From NCBI GenBank assembly GCA_041742355.1, contig JBGSIV010000064.1, positions 1 through 32,005 of the forward strand: a stretch of 32,005 nt of DNA, written 5' to 3'. Shown in pieces: positions 18,608 through 26,887 of the stretch. Position numbers and translations under genes: made by a program. The DNA is from Candidatus Zixiibacteriota bacterium (GTDB lineage: Bacteria > Zixibacteria > MSB-5A5 > GN15 > FEB-12). The first letter of the stretch is position 1; each line of letters begins with the position of its first letter. The notes below the pieces were generated by a model, which worked only from the letters and a program-made list of their open reading frames with translations, did no database searches and was not told the origin of the DNA.

Positions 18608-18670
18608 TCGGCGAAGATACGTTCCTGTCTCCGCGGAGTCCACCGAAATGTCCGCAATCGGATCTTCTCA

Positions 18671-18711
18671 CAAAATGACCGCCGGCGTGTCTTTCGACAG
18701 GACCGGCGGTC
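18671..18711 (-). terminator. Terminator-like hairpin after the paralog array
   Basis: GACCGCCGG..TGTC-TTTC-GACA..CCGGCGGTC; followed by ATTTT on the minus strand. Confidence 0.6.
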
Positions 18712-18746
18712 TGTGTACTCACGTTTGCAAAAGTCGTCAGGATTGC

Positions 18747-20165
18747 TTAGCGTCCCGACGGTGAGTCGGGAGAGCCCGTACGACCTGTATCCGGCTGCTG
18801 ACGCTGGGTATCAGGCTTCTTCTGCTGGCCGTTCTGGCCATTCTTTCCATTTATGCCGTTTTTGGCTTCCCACTTGGGGGCGCCGTTCTTGTCGGTCAAC
18901 TCGTAAGTCTGCCCGTTGTGCTCAATCGACGCCGGCACGAACACCTGCTGACCGTCCTGCTGGCACGACATCCCCTTGAGCGTCACTTCGTCACCGGCCG
19001 ACAGTGTCAGACCCTGAGCCGCCTGGCTCTTCGGACCAGCATAGACCGTTACCTGCTGGTTGTTGTCCGTCGTCAGAGTAAAGCGGAGATCCTCAGCCAT
19101 GGCGCCACTGTGTCCGCTCTGTCCGCTCTGCCCCATCCGGCCCATCTGTCCCGGCAGCTGGCTCTGACCCGACTGGCCACTCTGGCCGGACTGACCGTTC
19201 TGGCCCGACTGACCGTTTTGGCCATTCTGGCCGTTCATCCCGGTCGGACGGCTCTGACTGGAGGGCATCAGGCTCATGATGGTCCCCGAGATCGTCGAGT
19301 CGGCATTAGACAGATCCTGCCCCAGGCACTGCTCGGCGAAGTTCGACCACTTCTGCATTGCCTGGCCCTGCTGGCCCGATTGACCGCTCATTCCGGACTT
19401 GCCGTTCATCCCGGAATGACCGTTGCGCTGCTGGTCCGTCTGCGGTTGACGGGCCGTATCGCGGCCCATCTGCCCCGACTGGCCATTCTGGCGTGCCTGG
19501 CCGTTCTGCTGCCCGCTGCTTTGGCCATTCTGCCGCGACTGCCCGTTCATTTGGCTCTGACCATCGGCCCGAGCCTGCGGGCTGGAACCACCTGGCGGGG
19601 CGGCCGTGAACTGCATAGTCGCCAGTTCTTCGTTGTTCGGACCCATCACTGCAACTTCCCACTCACCCGCTTCGTCCGGGTCGATCGAATTGTAGCTCCA
19701 GGTGCGCCAGGTCGGACCCTTCACCGGCAGTTCGACCGTGAAGGCTTCCTGGCCGTTGTGCCGCCACACGTGTTTGACCATCACCGAGTCACCCTCCTCA
19801 ACGCCCTCAATTTGCGTCCACATGATCACGCTGTCGGCCTGCACCTGGGCGTTGCTCTGCAGCGTGTCGGTGGGCTCCTTGTCCTGCACCTTGGTCGTCA
19901 GCACCGGCTTGGCCTCGATCTGCCCGGCCTGCCCGGCGCTCTGCTGGCCGTTCTGCCGCTGCTGGCCGTTCTGGCCCTGCTTCTGCTTCTGCTGGTTCTT
20001 CTGCTTCGTAGTGTCTTTCGCCTTCGACGTATCCTGCTGCTGCTGAGCCACCATCCAGGTGACTCCGGCGCTGGTCGCCGGCGCACCGGTGATATTGCTG
20101 CTCAGCGCCAATACCGGCCCGAGTACCATGGCACATAAGGTCGCAAGCGTATTTCTCATACGCAT
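18747..20165 (-). CDS. Secreted Gln/Gly/Asn-rich protein: DUF2914-like domain plus shared OB-fold-like C-terminal domain (array member 4)
   Basis: AAAGGAGGA RBS; signal peptide; HVWRHNG..WRTWS..GEWEVAV; QKWSNFAEQCLG...VYAGP..GDEVTLKG..C..ELTDKNGAPKW. Confidence 0.85.
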   Translation of the reverse strand: MRMRNTLATLCAMVLGPVLALSSNITGAPATSAGVTWMVAQQQQDTSKAKDTTKQKNQQKQKQGQNGQQRQNGQQSAGQAGQIEAKPVLTTKVQDKEPTDTLQSNAQVQADSVIMWTQIEGVEEGDSVMVKHVWRHNGQEAFTVELPVKGPTWRTWSYNSIDPDEAGEWEVAVMGPNNEELATMQFTAAPPGGSSPQARADGQSQMNGQSRQNGQSSGQQNGQARQNGQSGQMGRDTARQPQTDQQRNGHSGMNGKSGMSGQSGQQGQAMQKWSNFAEQCLGQDLSNADSTISGTIMSLMPSSQSRPTGMNGQNGQNGQSGQNGQSGQSGQSGQSQLPGQMGRMGQSGQSGHSGAMAEDLRFTLTTDNNQQVTVYAGPKSQAAQGLTLSAGDEVTLKGMSCQQDGQQVFVPASIEHNGQTYELTDKNGAPKWEAKNGINGKNGQNGQQKKPDTQRQQPDTGRTGSPDSPSGR

Positions 20166-20382
20166 GTTCGTCCTCCTTTCGGAACGCGTTACTCCACTGC
20201 GCGATGATTGGCGTGGGGTCGATCCCCTCCACAGTAGAACGCCCGCGGGATGCGGGCGCCATACTCCTAAAACAACAGCTATCGGTGTCCATGTTCCACT
20301 CCCGGCGCCGGCGCTCCGCCGCCGAAGAATCGTTCCTGGCACCGCCACTGTTCCTTCACAATGCTTCCCTTTCCCCCGCGTG

Positions 20383-21804
20383 TTACCTGCCGCCCTGTGG
20401 TCTGGCCCGCGGTGGCTGATCCGACTTCCGCTGCGAACCGCCGTTCTTCGGCTCCCATTTCGGGGCGCCGTTCTGCTGGCTCAACTCGTAGGTCTGCCCG
20501 TTGTGCTCAATCGAGGCCGGCACGAACACCTGCTGCCCGTCCTGCTCGCAAGCGGTCCCACGCAGCGTCACCCGGTCCCCCTCGGACAACTGCAGCCCCG
20601 GCGCCGCGCTCTTCGGACCGGCGTAGGCTGTTACCTGCTGGTTGTCGCCCGTCGTCAGGGTGAACTTCAAATCGTCGGCTGAGCCACTTTGCCGCGATTG
20701 CCCGTTCTGGCCATTCATCTCGTTTGGACGGCTCTGGCTGGCGGGCATCAGGCTCATGATGGTCCCCGAGATCGTCGAATCGGCATTGGACAGATCCTGC
20801 CCCAGGCACTGCTCGGCGAAGCTCGACCACCGCTGCATTGCCTGGCCCTGCTGACCGTTCTGCCCCGAGCCGTTCGTTGCGGCGATCTGCGGTGACTGCT
20901 CGCCCAGAGCAGAGTAGATCTGCCCACGGAACTGCTGATCATCCAGGCTATCCAATTCGTACTGGCTCACCGCCAAGTCCTGCGCCTGCGACTGCTCGAA
21001 ATTCGCCACCACCATTTCCTCTTCGGCAGTTACCTGCATTCTGGACCACGGCACGGCGAGCAGGTTGTACTCCCGAACATCCGGGAACACTTCCTCATCG
21101 GGCTGGATGATCGCCATCTCCAGGCGTCCGTCGTTACTCAGCAGCAGGTCATCGATTTCACCCGCGGATTCGTCGTCACCGGTGAGATCGCCGAGGAATC
21201 CATCGTCGTCTCGCGGCTGCGTCGGCTGAGTCGGCCCGCTCAGGCGAATCTTGCTACCGATCAGTTCTGACGCCTTCTGCATTTTGTTCTCCTCGTCCTC
21301 GATCGTCGGACTGCCTTCCAGCGTCGCCTTGTCGATCGGCACAATCACCCTGCCCTCCGACAGCTGCGCCTGCACCTGGTCCCACGGCACGGCGTAGTCG
21401 TTCGCCCCGATCCCGAGGAATCCGCCGGTGCTCAGCACCGCGTACGCAACCCGCTGGTGCTGGTGGTCGAACACGATATCGTCCAACTTGCCGATCTGTT
21501 CGTTCTTGTGGTTATAGACATCCATCCCGACCAAGTCGGCCGCCAGCACGCTGTTCTGCATCTTTGCCGATTGCGTCCCTTGCTTCTCCTGTTGCTCCTT
21601 CTGCCGCTGCTGCTGCTTCTGTTGCTCCCGGCTCGACTGGTTCTGCTGCTGGCGCATGGTGTCGGCGGTATCGGCCTGCTGCGCCGCCATCCACCGGATC
21701 GCCTGACCGGCTATGCCGGAAGGTGCGGCTGACGCGATCGGCGCCAGCAGCGCCAGCGCCATGACCGAGACACACAGCGGCCGTAGCGCGAAGTCTACCC
21801 GCAT
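20383..21804 (-). CDS. Secreted Gln-rich protein: two PRC-barrel domains plus shared C-terminal domain (array member 3)
   Basis: AAGGAG RBS; AADLVGMDVYNHKNEQIGKLDDIV..YAVLSTGGFLGIG..AVPW; second ASELIG..GEIDDLLL..AVPW; WSSFAEQCLG...NGAPKW. Confidence 0.88.
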   Translation of the reverse strand: MRVDFALRPLCVSVMALALLAPIASAAPSGIAGQAIRWMAAQQADTADTMRQQQNQSSREQQKQQQRQKEQQEKQGTQSAKMQNSVLAADLVGMDVYNHKNEQIGKLDDIVFDHQHQRVAYAVLSTGGFLGIGANDYAVPWDQVQAQLSEGRVIVPIDKATLEGSPTIEDEENKMQKASELIGSKIRLSGPTQPTQPRDDDGFLGDLTGDDESAGEIDDLLLSNDGRLEMAIIQPDEEVFPDVREYNLLAVPWSRMQVTAEEEMVVANFEQSQAQDLAVSQYELDSLDDQQFRGQIYSALGEQSPQIAATNGSGQNGQQGQAMQRWSSFAEQCLGQDLSNADSTISGTIMSLMPASQSRPNEMNGQNGQSRQSGSADDLKFTLTTGDNQQVTAYAGPKSAAPGLQLSEGDRVTLRGTACEQDGQQVFVPASIEHNGQTYELSQQNGAPKWEPKNGGSQRKSDQPPRARPQGGR

Positions 21805-21952
21805 ACGATTCTCCTTCCCCGGATTGTCTGTATATGAACCGCCGGTCGATCTGCTCTCCCATTGCGCAGAACCCGGCCACTGCCCATCACGCCTTTCCCA
21901 GGCGCCCCACTGTGTCTCACCGCCGTACCCTGGCGCCATCCTTCACGCGGAG

Positions 21953-21981
21953 AATCGCCGGCGCGTAACTCGCCGGCGATT
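21953..21981 (-). terminator. Intergenic hairpin / possible terminator
   Basis: Perfect 11-bp inverted repeat AATCGCCGGCG-N7-CGCCGGCGATT; U-tract weak. Confidence 0.55.
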
Positions 21982-22025
21982 TCCTCTGAAGTGAAATGGG
22001 CCTGTTTCTAACCTGACGGTTCCGC

Positions 22026-23750
22026 TCAGCGACCGCCCGGGCGTTCCTGCTGGCCGCCCTGCTGCTTGTCCTGCTTGTCCTGCTTCTTCTGATCAGACTT
22101 CTGCTGCGAGCTGCCGTTCTTGGCTTCCCACTTCGGCACGCCGTTCTTGGACGTCAGTTCGTACTCGCGGTTTCCGTTCTTGATCGAAGTTGCCACCACC
22201 ACCTGCTCGTTGTCGATCTGGCAGCGGGCACCCTCAATCGTCACATGGTCACCCCGATAGAAGTTCAGATCCTGGGCCACCTGGTCGCGCGGGCCGGCAT
22301 AGACGGTGATCCGCTCATCATCGTCGGTGCGCACCACGAAGCGCAGCCCATCCGGCGCTTCCGCCTGCTGGCCGGTGTACATGGTGCCGACGTTGTGGAT
22401 CGTCCCTTCAATGGTCTCATCCGACTTGTCCAGATCATCACCCAGGCACTGCATCGCGAAGCTCGACCACTTCTGCAGATCCTGCTGGGCCGACTGGGAC
22501 GTCTGCGACTTGCCGTTAGTGCTGCCGTTGGTGGAGCCGTTCATATGGCCGTTAGCACCGTTCATACGATCGGTGCCGTTGGTTTGGCCGAGCACCATCC
22601 CCGAGGCGCCCATGTCTTCGCCGATCGAGGAATAGAAGTCGCGGCGGAATTCGTTATCGTCAAGACGGTTGATCTGGTCGTCCTGCACTGTCAGCTGCTG
22701 CGCGTCCGACTTCGACAGGTTGGCCACCGCCATCTGATCCATCGGCATGACGCTCATCCTCGTCCACGGAATCGCCACGAGCTGATTGTCCTCGATATTC
22801 TCGAAGTAATCGGAGTTCGGCTGTATGAGCGCCATTTCAAGTCGACCTTCGTTACTCAGGAGCAGATCGTCGATCTGGCCGGCGTTCTCGCCATACTCCT
22901 GGTCGCCGTTGGTGCGCACGCTGGCGTCGACATCGACATCGATATCGCCGTTCCGGTCGGCGTCCGCGTCCGCGTCCGCGTCGGCCTCAGCGTCGCCATA
23001 CACGCCGCTCTGCTCGTCACCCGGCTGACGAGTCTCTTCCGTGCGACGGCTCGGGTCAGTCATGTCGCTTGTACCGGTACGGCTGCTGCTGAACTGCACA
23101 TCCATGCCGATCATGTTGCTGGCCTTGCGCATTTCAAACGCCTCTTCCGAAGACTCGCCGCCCGACATGGAGCCGCTCTGGCTCTGCCCATTCATGCTCT
23201 GGCTGCTCTGGCTGCTCTGGCCATTCATGGTCTGGCTGCTCATGCTCTGCGACGCATCGGCCATCGAAAGCACGTTCGGATCGTTCTTGGCGCGCGGCCA
23301 CTGGTCGCCGAAGCCTTCTTTGTCGTTGAGGACGTCCTTGCTGATCGGGATCGTTATCCGATCCTGCGACAGGTCGGGCGTGACGAGATCCCACGACAGG
23401 GCGTGGCGGTCGCCGCCGATCCCGAGGAATCCGCCGCTCGACATGACTATGTACGCGACCTCTTTGTGCTGCTCGTCGAACACCACATCCTCCAGCTTGC
23501 CGAGTTCTTCACCCTGCTGACTGTGGATGCTGGTGCCTATCAGGTCATTGGCCAGCACGTGATTCTGCATCTGCGCCGATGCTTTGTCACTCTGCTGGTT
23601 CTGCTGGCTGCTCTGCTGCCGGTTTTCGTCCTGATTGCCCTGCTGATCTCGCTGGGCCGTGACCATCGACCCCAGGCCAAACAAAAGCATCACCGCCACG
23701 ACTACCGCGATCCAACCATTCCGGTTGGTGCGTGCGCGTGTTCTAAGCAT
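22026..23750 (-). CDS. Secreted Gln/Ser-rich protein: two PRC-barrel domains plus shared C-terminal domain (array member 2)
   Basis: AAGGAGG RBS; ANDLIG..GEELGKLEDVV..GGFLGIG; ASNMIG..GQIDDLLL..AIPW; WSSFAMQCLG...VYAGP..NGVPKW. Confidence 0.88.
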   Translation of the reverse strand: MLRTRARTNRNGWIAVVVAVMLLFGLGSMVTAQRDQQGNQDENRQQSSQQNQQSDKASAQMQNHVLANDLIGTSIHSQQGEELGKLEDVVFDEQHKEVAYIVMSSGGFLGIGGDRHALSWDLVTPDLSQDRITIPISKDVLNDKEGFGDQWPRAKNDPNVLSMADASQSMSSQTMNGQSSQSSQSMNGQSQSGSMSGGESSEEAFEMRKASNMIGMDVQFSSSRTGTSDMTDPSRRTEETRQPGDEQSGVYGDAEADADADADADRNGDIDVDVDASVRTNGDQEYGENAGQIDDLLLSNEGRLEMALIQPNSDYFENIEDNQLVAIPWTRMSVMPMDQMAVANLSKSDAQQLTVQDDQINRLDDNEFRRDFYSSIGEDMGASGMVLGQTNGTDRMNGANGHMNGSTNGSTNGKSQTSQSAQQDLQKWSSFAMQCLGDDLDKSDETIEGTIHNVGTMYTGQQAEAPDGLRFVVRTDDDERITVYAGPRDQVAQDLNFYRGDHVTIEGARCQIDNEQVVVATSIKNGNREYELTSKNGVPKWEAKNGSSQQKSDQKKQDKQDKQQGGQQERPGGR

Positions 23751-24204
23751 GCGAACCTCCTTGTTCTGCAATTCTTTGTTCTCTACTCAATTCCGACGGT
23801 TTATCCCACACCTGTTCCGTGAGCTCAGTTTCGGTAAGAGTCCGATCGCCGCTCCCCGCAGCAAAGTCCCAAGGAGACAATCGATCGAAGGCTGTAGGCG
23901 GCAATGGGTGTAATTTCGACGTGTCCGTGAAGTGACCGGATGATTATCCGATGGAAGACAAACAGCAGATTGATTCGCTCGCTGTGCTATCTGAAACGAC
24001 CCGCTGCGGCCTTTTGTTTCCGCCATCCCGATCCATGGCCCACATGGAGTCAGCGGTCCGGCCGGCCGCAAACGCGAAATTCCGCGCCCTTCGGCCAGAT
24101 CCGGCCTGCAGCTCCGAGGGTTCGGGCAAGTGGTTGTCGCCCCATGTTTTTCGCCGGATAGATGCTTGTCCTTCGCTCACGCTTTGCATCGGTTCCCGGA
24201 CACT

Positions 24205-24232
24205 AAAACGCCGGCCCTCGACAGGCCGGCGT
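24205..24232 (-). terminator. Rho-independent terminator
   Basis: ACGCCGGCC-N7-GGCCGGCGT with a T-run on the minus strand, about 35 nt after the stop at 24267. Confidence 0.7.
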
Positions 24233-24266
24233 CTGCTATTCAGGCTCGATTCGTATTCCCTGATGC

Positions 24267-25826
24267 TTACCGCTGGCGCATCCGCTCCTGCTGTTGATTC
24301 TCGGGCATCCAGTGCGGCACGCCGTCCTGATCGGTCAACGTATAGGACTTCCCGTCGAACTCGATCGAACTGGCCACCATTACGTCGCGGTTGTCGATCT
24401 CGCACTCAGCCCCCCGGACCGTCACCTGCGCCCCGCGCTCGAGGTTCAAATCCTGCGGAACGAGGGCATCGGGCCCGAGGTAGATCCGCATATCGCGGTT
24501 ATTGGGCGTTTCGACCGTGAACGCACGGCCGTCCGGCGCCTCCGCATCCGGACTCGTCCGCAGCGTCCCGACGCTCAGCACGCGGCCTTCAACCACCTGG
24601 TTCTGACGGCTCAGGCCACGGCCAAGGCACTGGCTCGCGAAATCCGACCACTGTTCCATCTCCGGCATATTGGCCATCGATCGCGTGCCTGCGGGCGACC
24701 GGGTATCCCGCCTAGAAAACGGCTCGTCAATGCCGGCATCGGCAAAGAACCGGTTTCGGTAGTTCGGATCGTTAAATCGGGTGACCGCGCGCTCCTCAAT
24801 CACGAGGCTGTGCGCTTCATCCGACGTCAGATCGACCATTGCCATTCCCTGCTGCGGTTGGAAATCGAACCGATCCCACGGCACCACGATGAACTCGTCC
24901 GTCCCTATCTGCATGAAGTCCGAATTGGGCTCCACCAGCGCCATGTCCACCGCGCCATCGCGGTGAATCAGCAGATCATCAACGCTGCCTCGGGGCTGAG
25001 ACGACGAGCCTCGAGTGCGCCCGTTTGTCCACGCGCCGTTATCCTCCTCGTAGTAGCCGAAGTTGTCGCCGGATGAGCCGCCATCTCTGAACTGGACCGT
25101 CATCCCCAGCAGGTCACTGACTTTGCGCATCTCCCGATCATCACCGGCGCGAGCGGTCGTCTGGCCGGTTTGTCGATCCCGATTGCCTTGCTGCTGCTTG
25201 AATGTGTTGCCGTCCATGTCCCGATCGGCCTGCCGATCACGGTTTGACCGGTCCTGCTGACGTTTGAAAATGTTCCCGTCATCATCACGGTCGGCGTCCC
25301 GACTTCTGCTCCGGGTATCGTCCGACGCCGGAATCTGCTCCCACTGCTGCACGCTCGTCCACCGCTGGGCGGACTGGTCAAGCTGCGGGTTCGGGTAATC
25401 GGTGCCGATTCCCTGGCGGTTGTCAAACGAGGACTTGTCGACCGGGAGAATCACCCGGTTGTTCTGCGGCTGGAATTGCACCATGGACCACGGGATGGCG
25501 TGTCTGTCGCCTCCCTGGCTCATGCCTGCTCCCTCCGAGATCACCGCGTAGAGCACCCGTTCGTGGTTCTCATCCAGCACGATATCCTCAAAACTGCCGA
25601 GCCGCGCCCCGTTGCGGTCGAACACATCGGCCCCGATCATTTCCCGAGCGTGCTGGTACTCGGTTCCCTGCGCCTGCTGCCGGTTCTGTTCGGCCGTCCG
25701 CCACTGCTGATTCTGCTGGTTCTGACTTTGCGCGGTCACGACCGTTCCAACTGCGGCAAGCAGCACCACGGCCGCTATGGCCATCAGCCACATGCCGCGT
25801 GTGCCGCTCAATTTGTTCCCTCGCAT
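24267..25826 (-). CDS. Secreted Gln/Arg/Asp-rich protein: two PRC-barrel domains plus shared C-terminal domain (array member 1)
   Basis: AAGGAGGA RBS; AREMIGADVFDRNGARLGSFEDIV..AIPW; VSDLLG..GSVDDLLI..VVPW; WSDFASQCLG...IYLGP..LTDQDGVPHW. Confidence 0.88.
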   Translation of the reverse strand: MRGNKLSGTRGMWLMAIAAVVLLAAVGTVVTAQSQNQQNQQWRTAEQNRQQAQGTEYQHAREMIGADVFDRNGARLGSFEDIVLDENHERVLYAVISEGAGMSQGGDRHAIPWSMVQFQPQNNRVILPVDKSSFDNRQGIGTDYPNPQLDQSAQRWTSVQQWEQIPASDDTRSRSRDADRDDDGNIFKRQQDRSNRDRQADRDMDGNTFKQQQGNRDRQTGQTTARAGDDREMRKVSDLLGMTVQFRDGGSSGDNFGYYEEDNGAWTNGRTRGSSSQPRGSVDDLLIHRDGAVDMALVEPNSDFMQIGTDEFIVVPWDRFDFQPQQGMAMVDLTSDEAHSLVIEERAVTRFNDPNYRNRFFADAGIDEPFSRRDTRSPAGTRSMANMPEMEQWSDFASQCLGRGLSRQNQVVEGRVLSVGTLRTSPDAEAPDGRAFTVETPNNRDMRIYLGPDALVPQDLNLERGAQVTVRGAECEIDNRDVMVASSIEFDGKSYTLTDQDGVPHWMPENQQQERMRQR

Positions 25827-26133
25827 TCCGTCCTCCTTGCTCTCGGTTAACCTGTGCGTAATTACCAGTTCTCGCCTCTCGTTCCTTTGCTCCTCCCCAC
25901 CTGCTCAATGGTGCGCTATCCGCCGACGCCAGCAATCATGACGGCACGAGGCGAAGCTCGCGGGCCGGAACCGGCATCGGCGGAACGATGAAACACCGTG
26001 GTGAAAAAGGAACGGAAAGCGTACTCTTCCGGGCGGGTGAATGCCACCGCGCCCGTGCCCACTGGTAAAACGACCGCTCCCCCGTGTTTGTTTCTTTCAG
26101 ATGAATCTGCGGAACCGTACCCGCGGGCAGACA

Positions 26134-26163
26134 GAAGAAAGGCAGGACGCGTTGTCCTGCCTT
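26134..26163 (-). terminator. Rho-independent terminator of cysK-cysE
   Basis: AAGGCAGGAC-N5-GTCCTGCCTT followed by TCTTC on the minus strand. Confidence 0.7.
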
Positions 26164-26198
26164 GCATACTCATTTGATCATGTCCGAGAAGCGGTTCG

Positions 26199-26867
26199 TT
26201 ACCCCCCGATCGCCGCCCGTCCCTGCTCTTCCTCGCCGTTTCCGGGCTGTGGGCGCACTTCGCGGATTTTCGGTTTGCGGTTCATCCCGCCGATTTCTAC
26301 GTGCGCGCTCCGCTCCGGATGCAGAACCGTCTCCGGCAATTCCTCGTCCACCTTTACTCGCCCACGGCGCACAATCCGGGCTGGTACGCCGGCTACGGTC
26401 GTTTCCGACGGCACGTCGCGCATCACGATGAAGCTGTTGGCGCCGATGCGGACGTTGTCGCCGACCGTGATCGGCCCCAGCAGAATCGCACCTGTTCCGA
26501 CAAACACGTTGTCACCCAGCGACGGGTGCCGCTTGCCGTGGTGCTTGCCGGTGCCTCCAAGGGTAACATTGTGGAACAGCACGCAGTCGCGGCCGATCAC
26601 TACGGTTTCCCCGATCACGACTCCCATGCCGTGATCGATGAAAAATCCCGGGCCGACGGTCGCGCCGGGATGGATCTCCACACCCGTGAAGAACCGGACT
26701 ACCTGCGACAGCAGCCGCGGCAGGAACGGGATCCGCGCCCGGTAGAGCAGATGAATGAACCGGTGCGCGGTGATGGCATGAAACCCCGGGTACAGCAGAA
26801 ACTCGATGTTCCTGCAGGCCGGATCGTTGCGGAAACACGCCCGAATGTCTTCAATGGTCGCCAGCAT
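26199..26867 (-). CDS. cysE: Serine O-acetyltransferase
   Basis: DPAC, YPGFHA, TGVEIHPGA, FFIDHGMGVVIGET, VTLGGTGK..KRHP; hexapeptide repeats; adjacent to cysK. Confidence 0.93.
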   Translation of the reverse strand: MLATIEDIRACFRNDPACRNIEFLLYPGFHAITAHRFIHLLYRARIPFLPRLLSQVVRFFTGVEIHPGATVGPGFFIDHGMGVVIGETVVIGRDCVLFHNVTLGGTGKHHGKRHPSLGDNVFVGTGAILLGPITVGDNVRIGANSFIVMRDVPSETTVAGVPARIVRRGRVKVDEELPETVLHPERSAHVEIGGMNRKPKIREVRPQPGNGEEEQGRAAIGG

Positions 26868-26887
26868 ATGCTCTCCGAGTGTTGGTG

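Noticed and set aside
23820..24200. ORFs or a riboswitch in the gap between array members 1 and 2
   Set aside because: No coding signature or recognisable aptamer; probably regulatory sequence.
10221..25076. Long opposite-strand ORFs (11004-12182, 15758-16669, 18918-20138, 22245-23822, 24294-25076 and similar)
   Set aside because: They lie antisense to genes with clear motifs and have no recognisable features.
18747..25826. Magnetosome gene cluster or photosynthetic reaction-centre genes
   Set aside because: Only generic PRC-barrel and OB-fold-like domains are present. There are no magnetochrome CxxCH motifs and no mam or puf/puh genes in the window.
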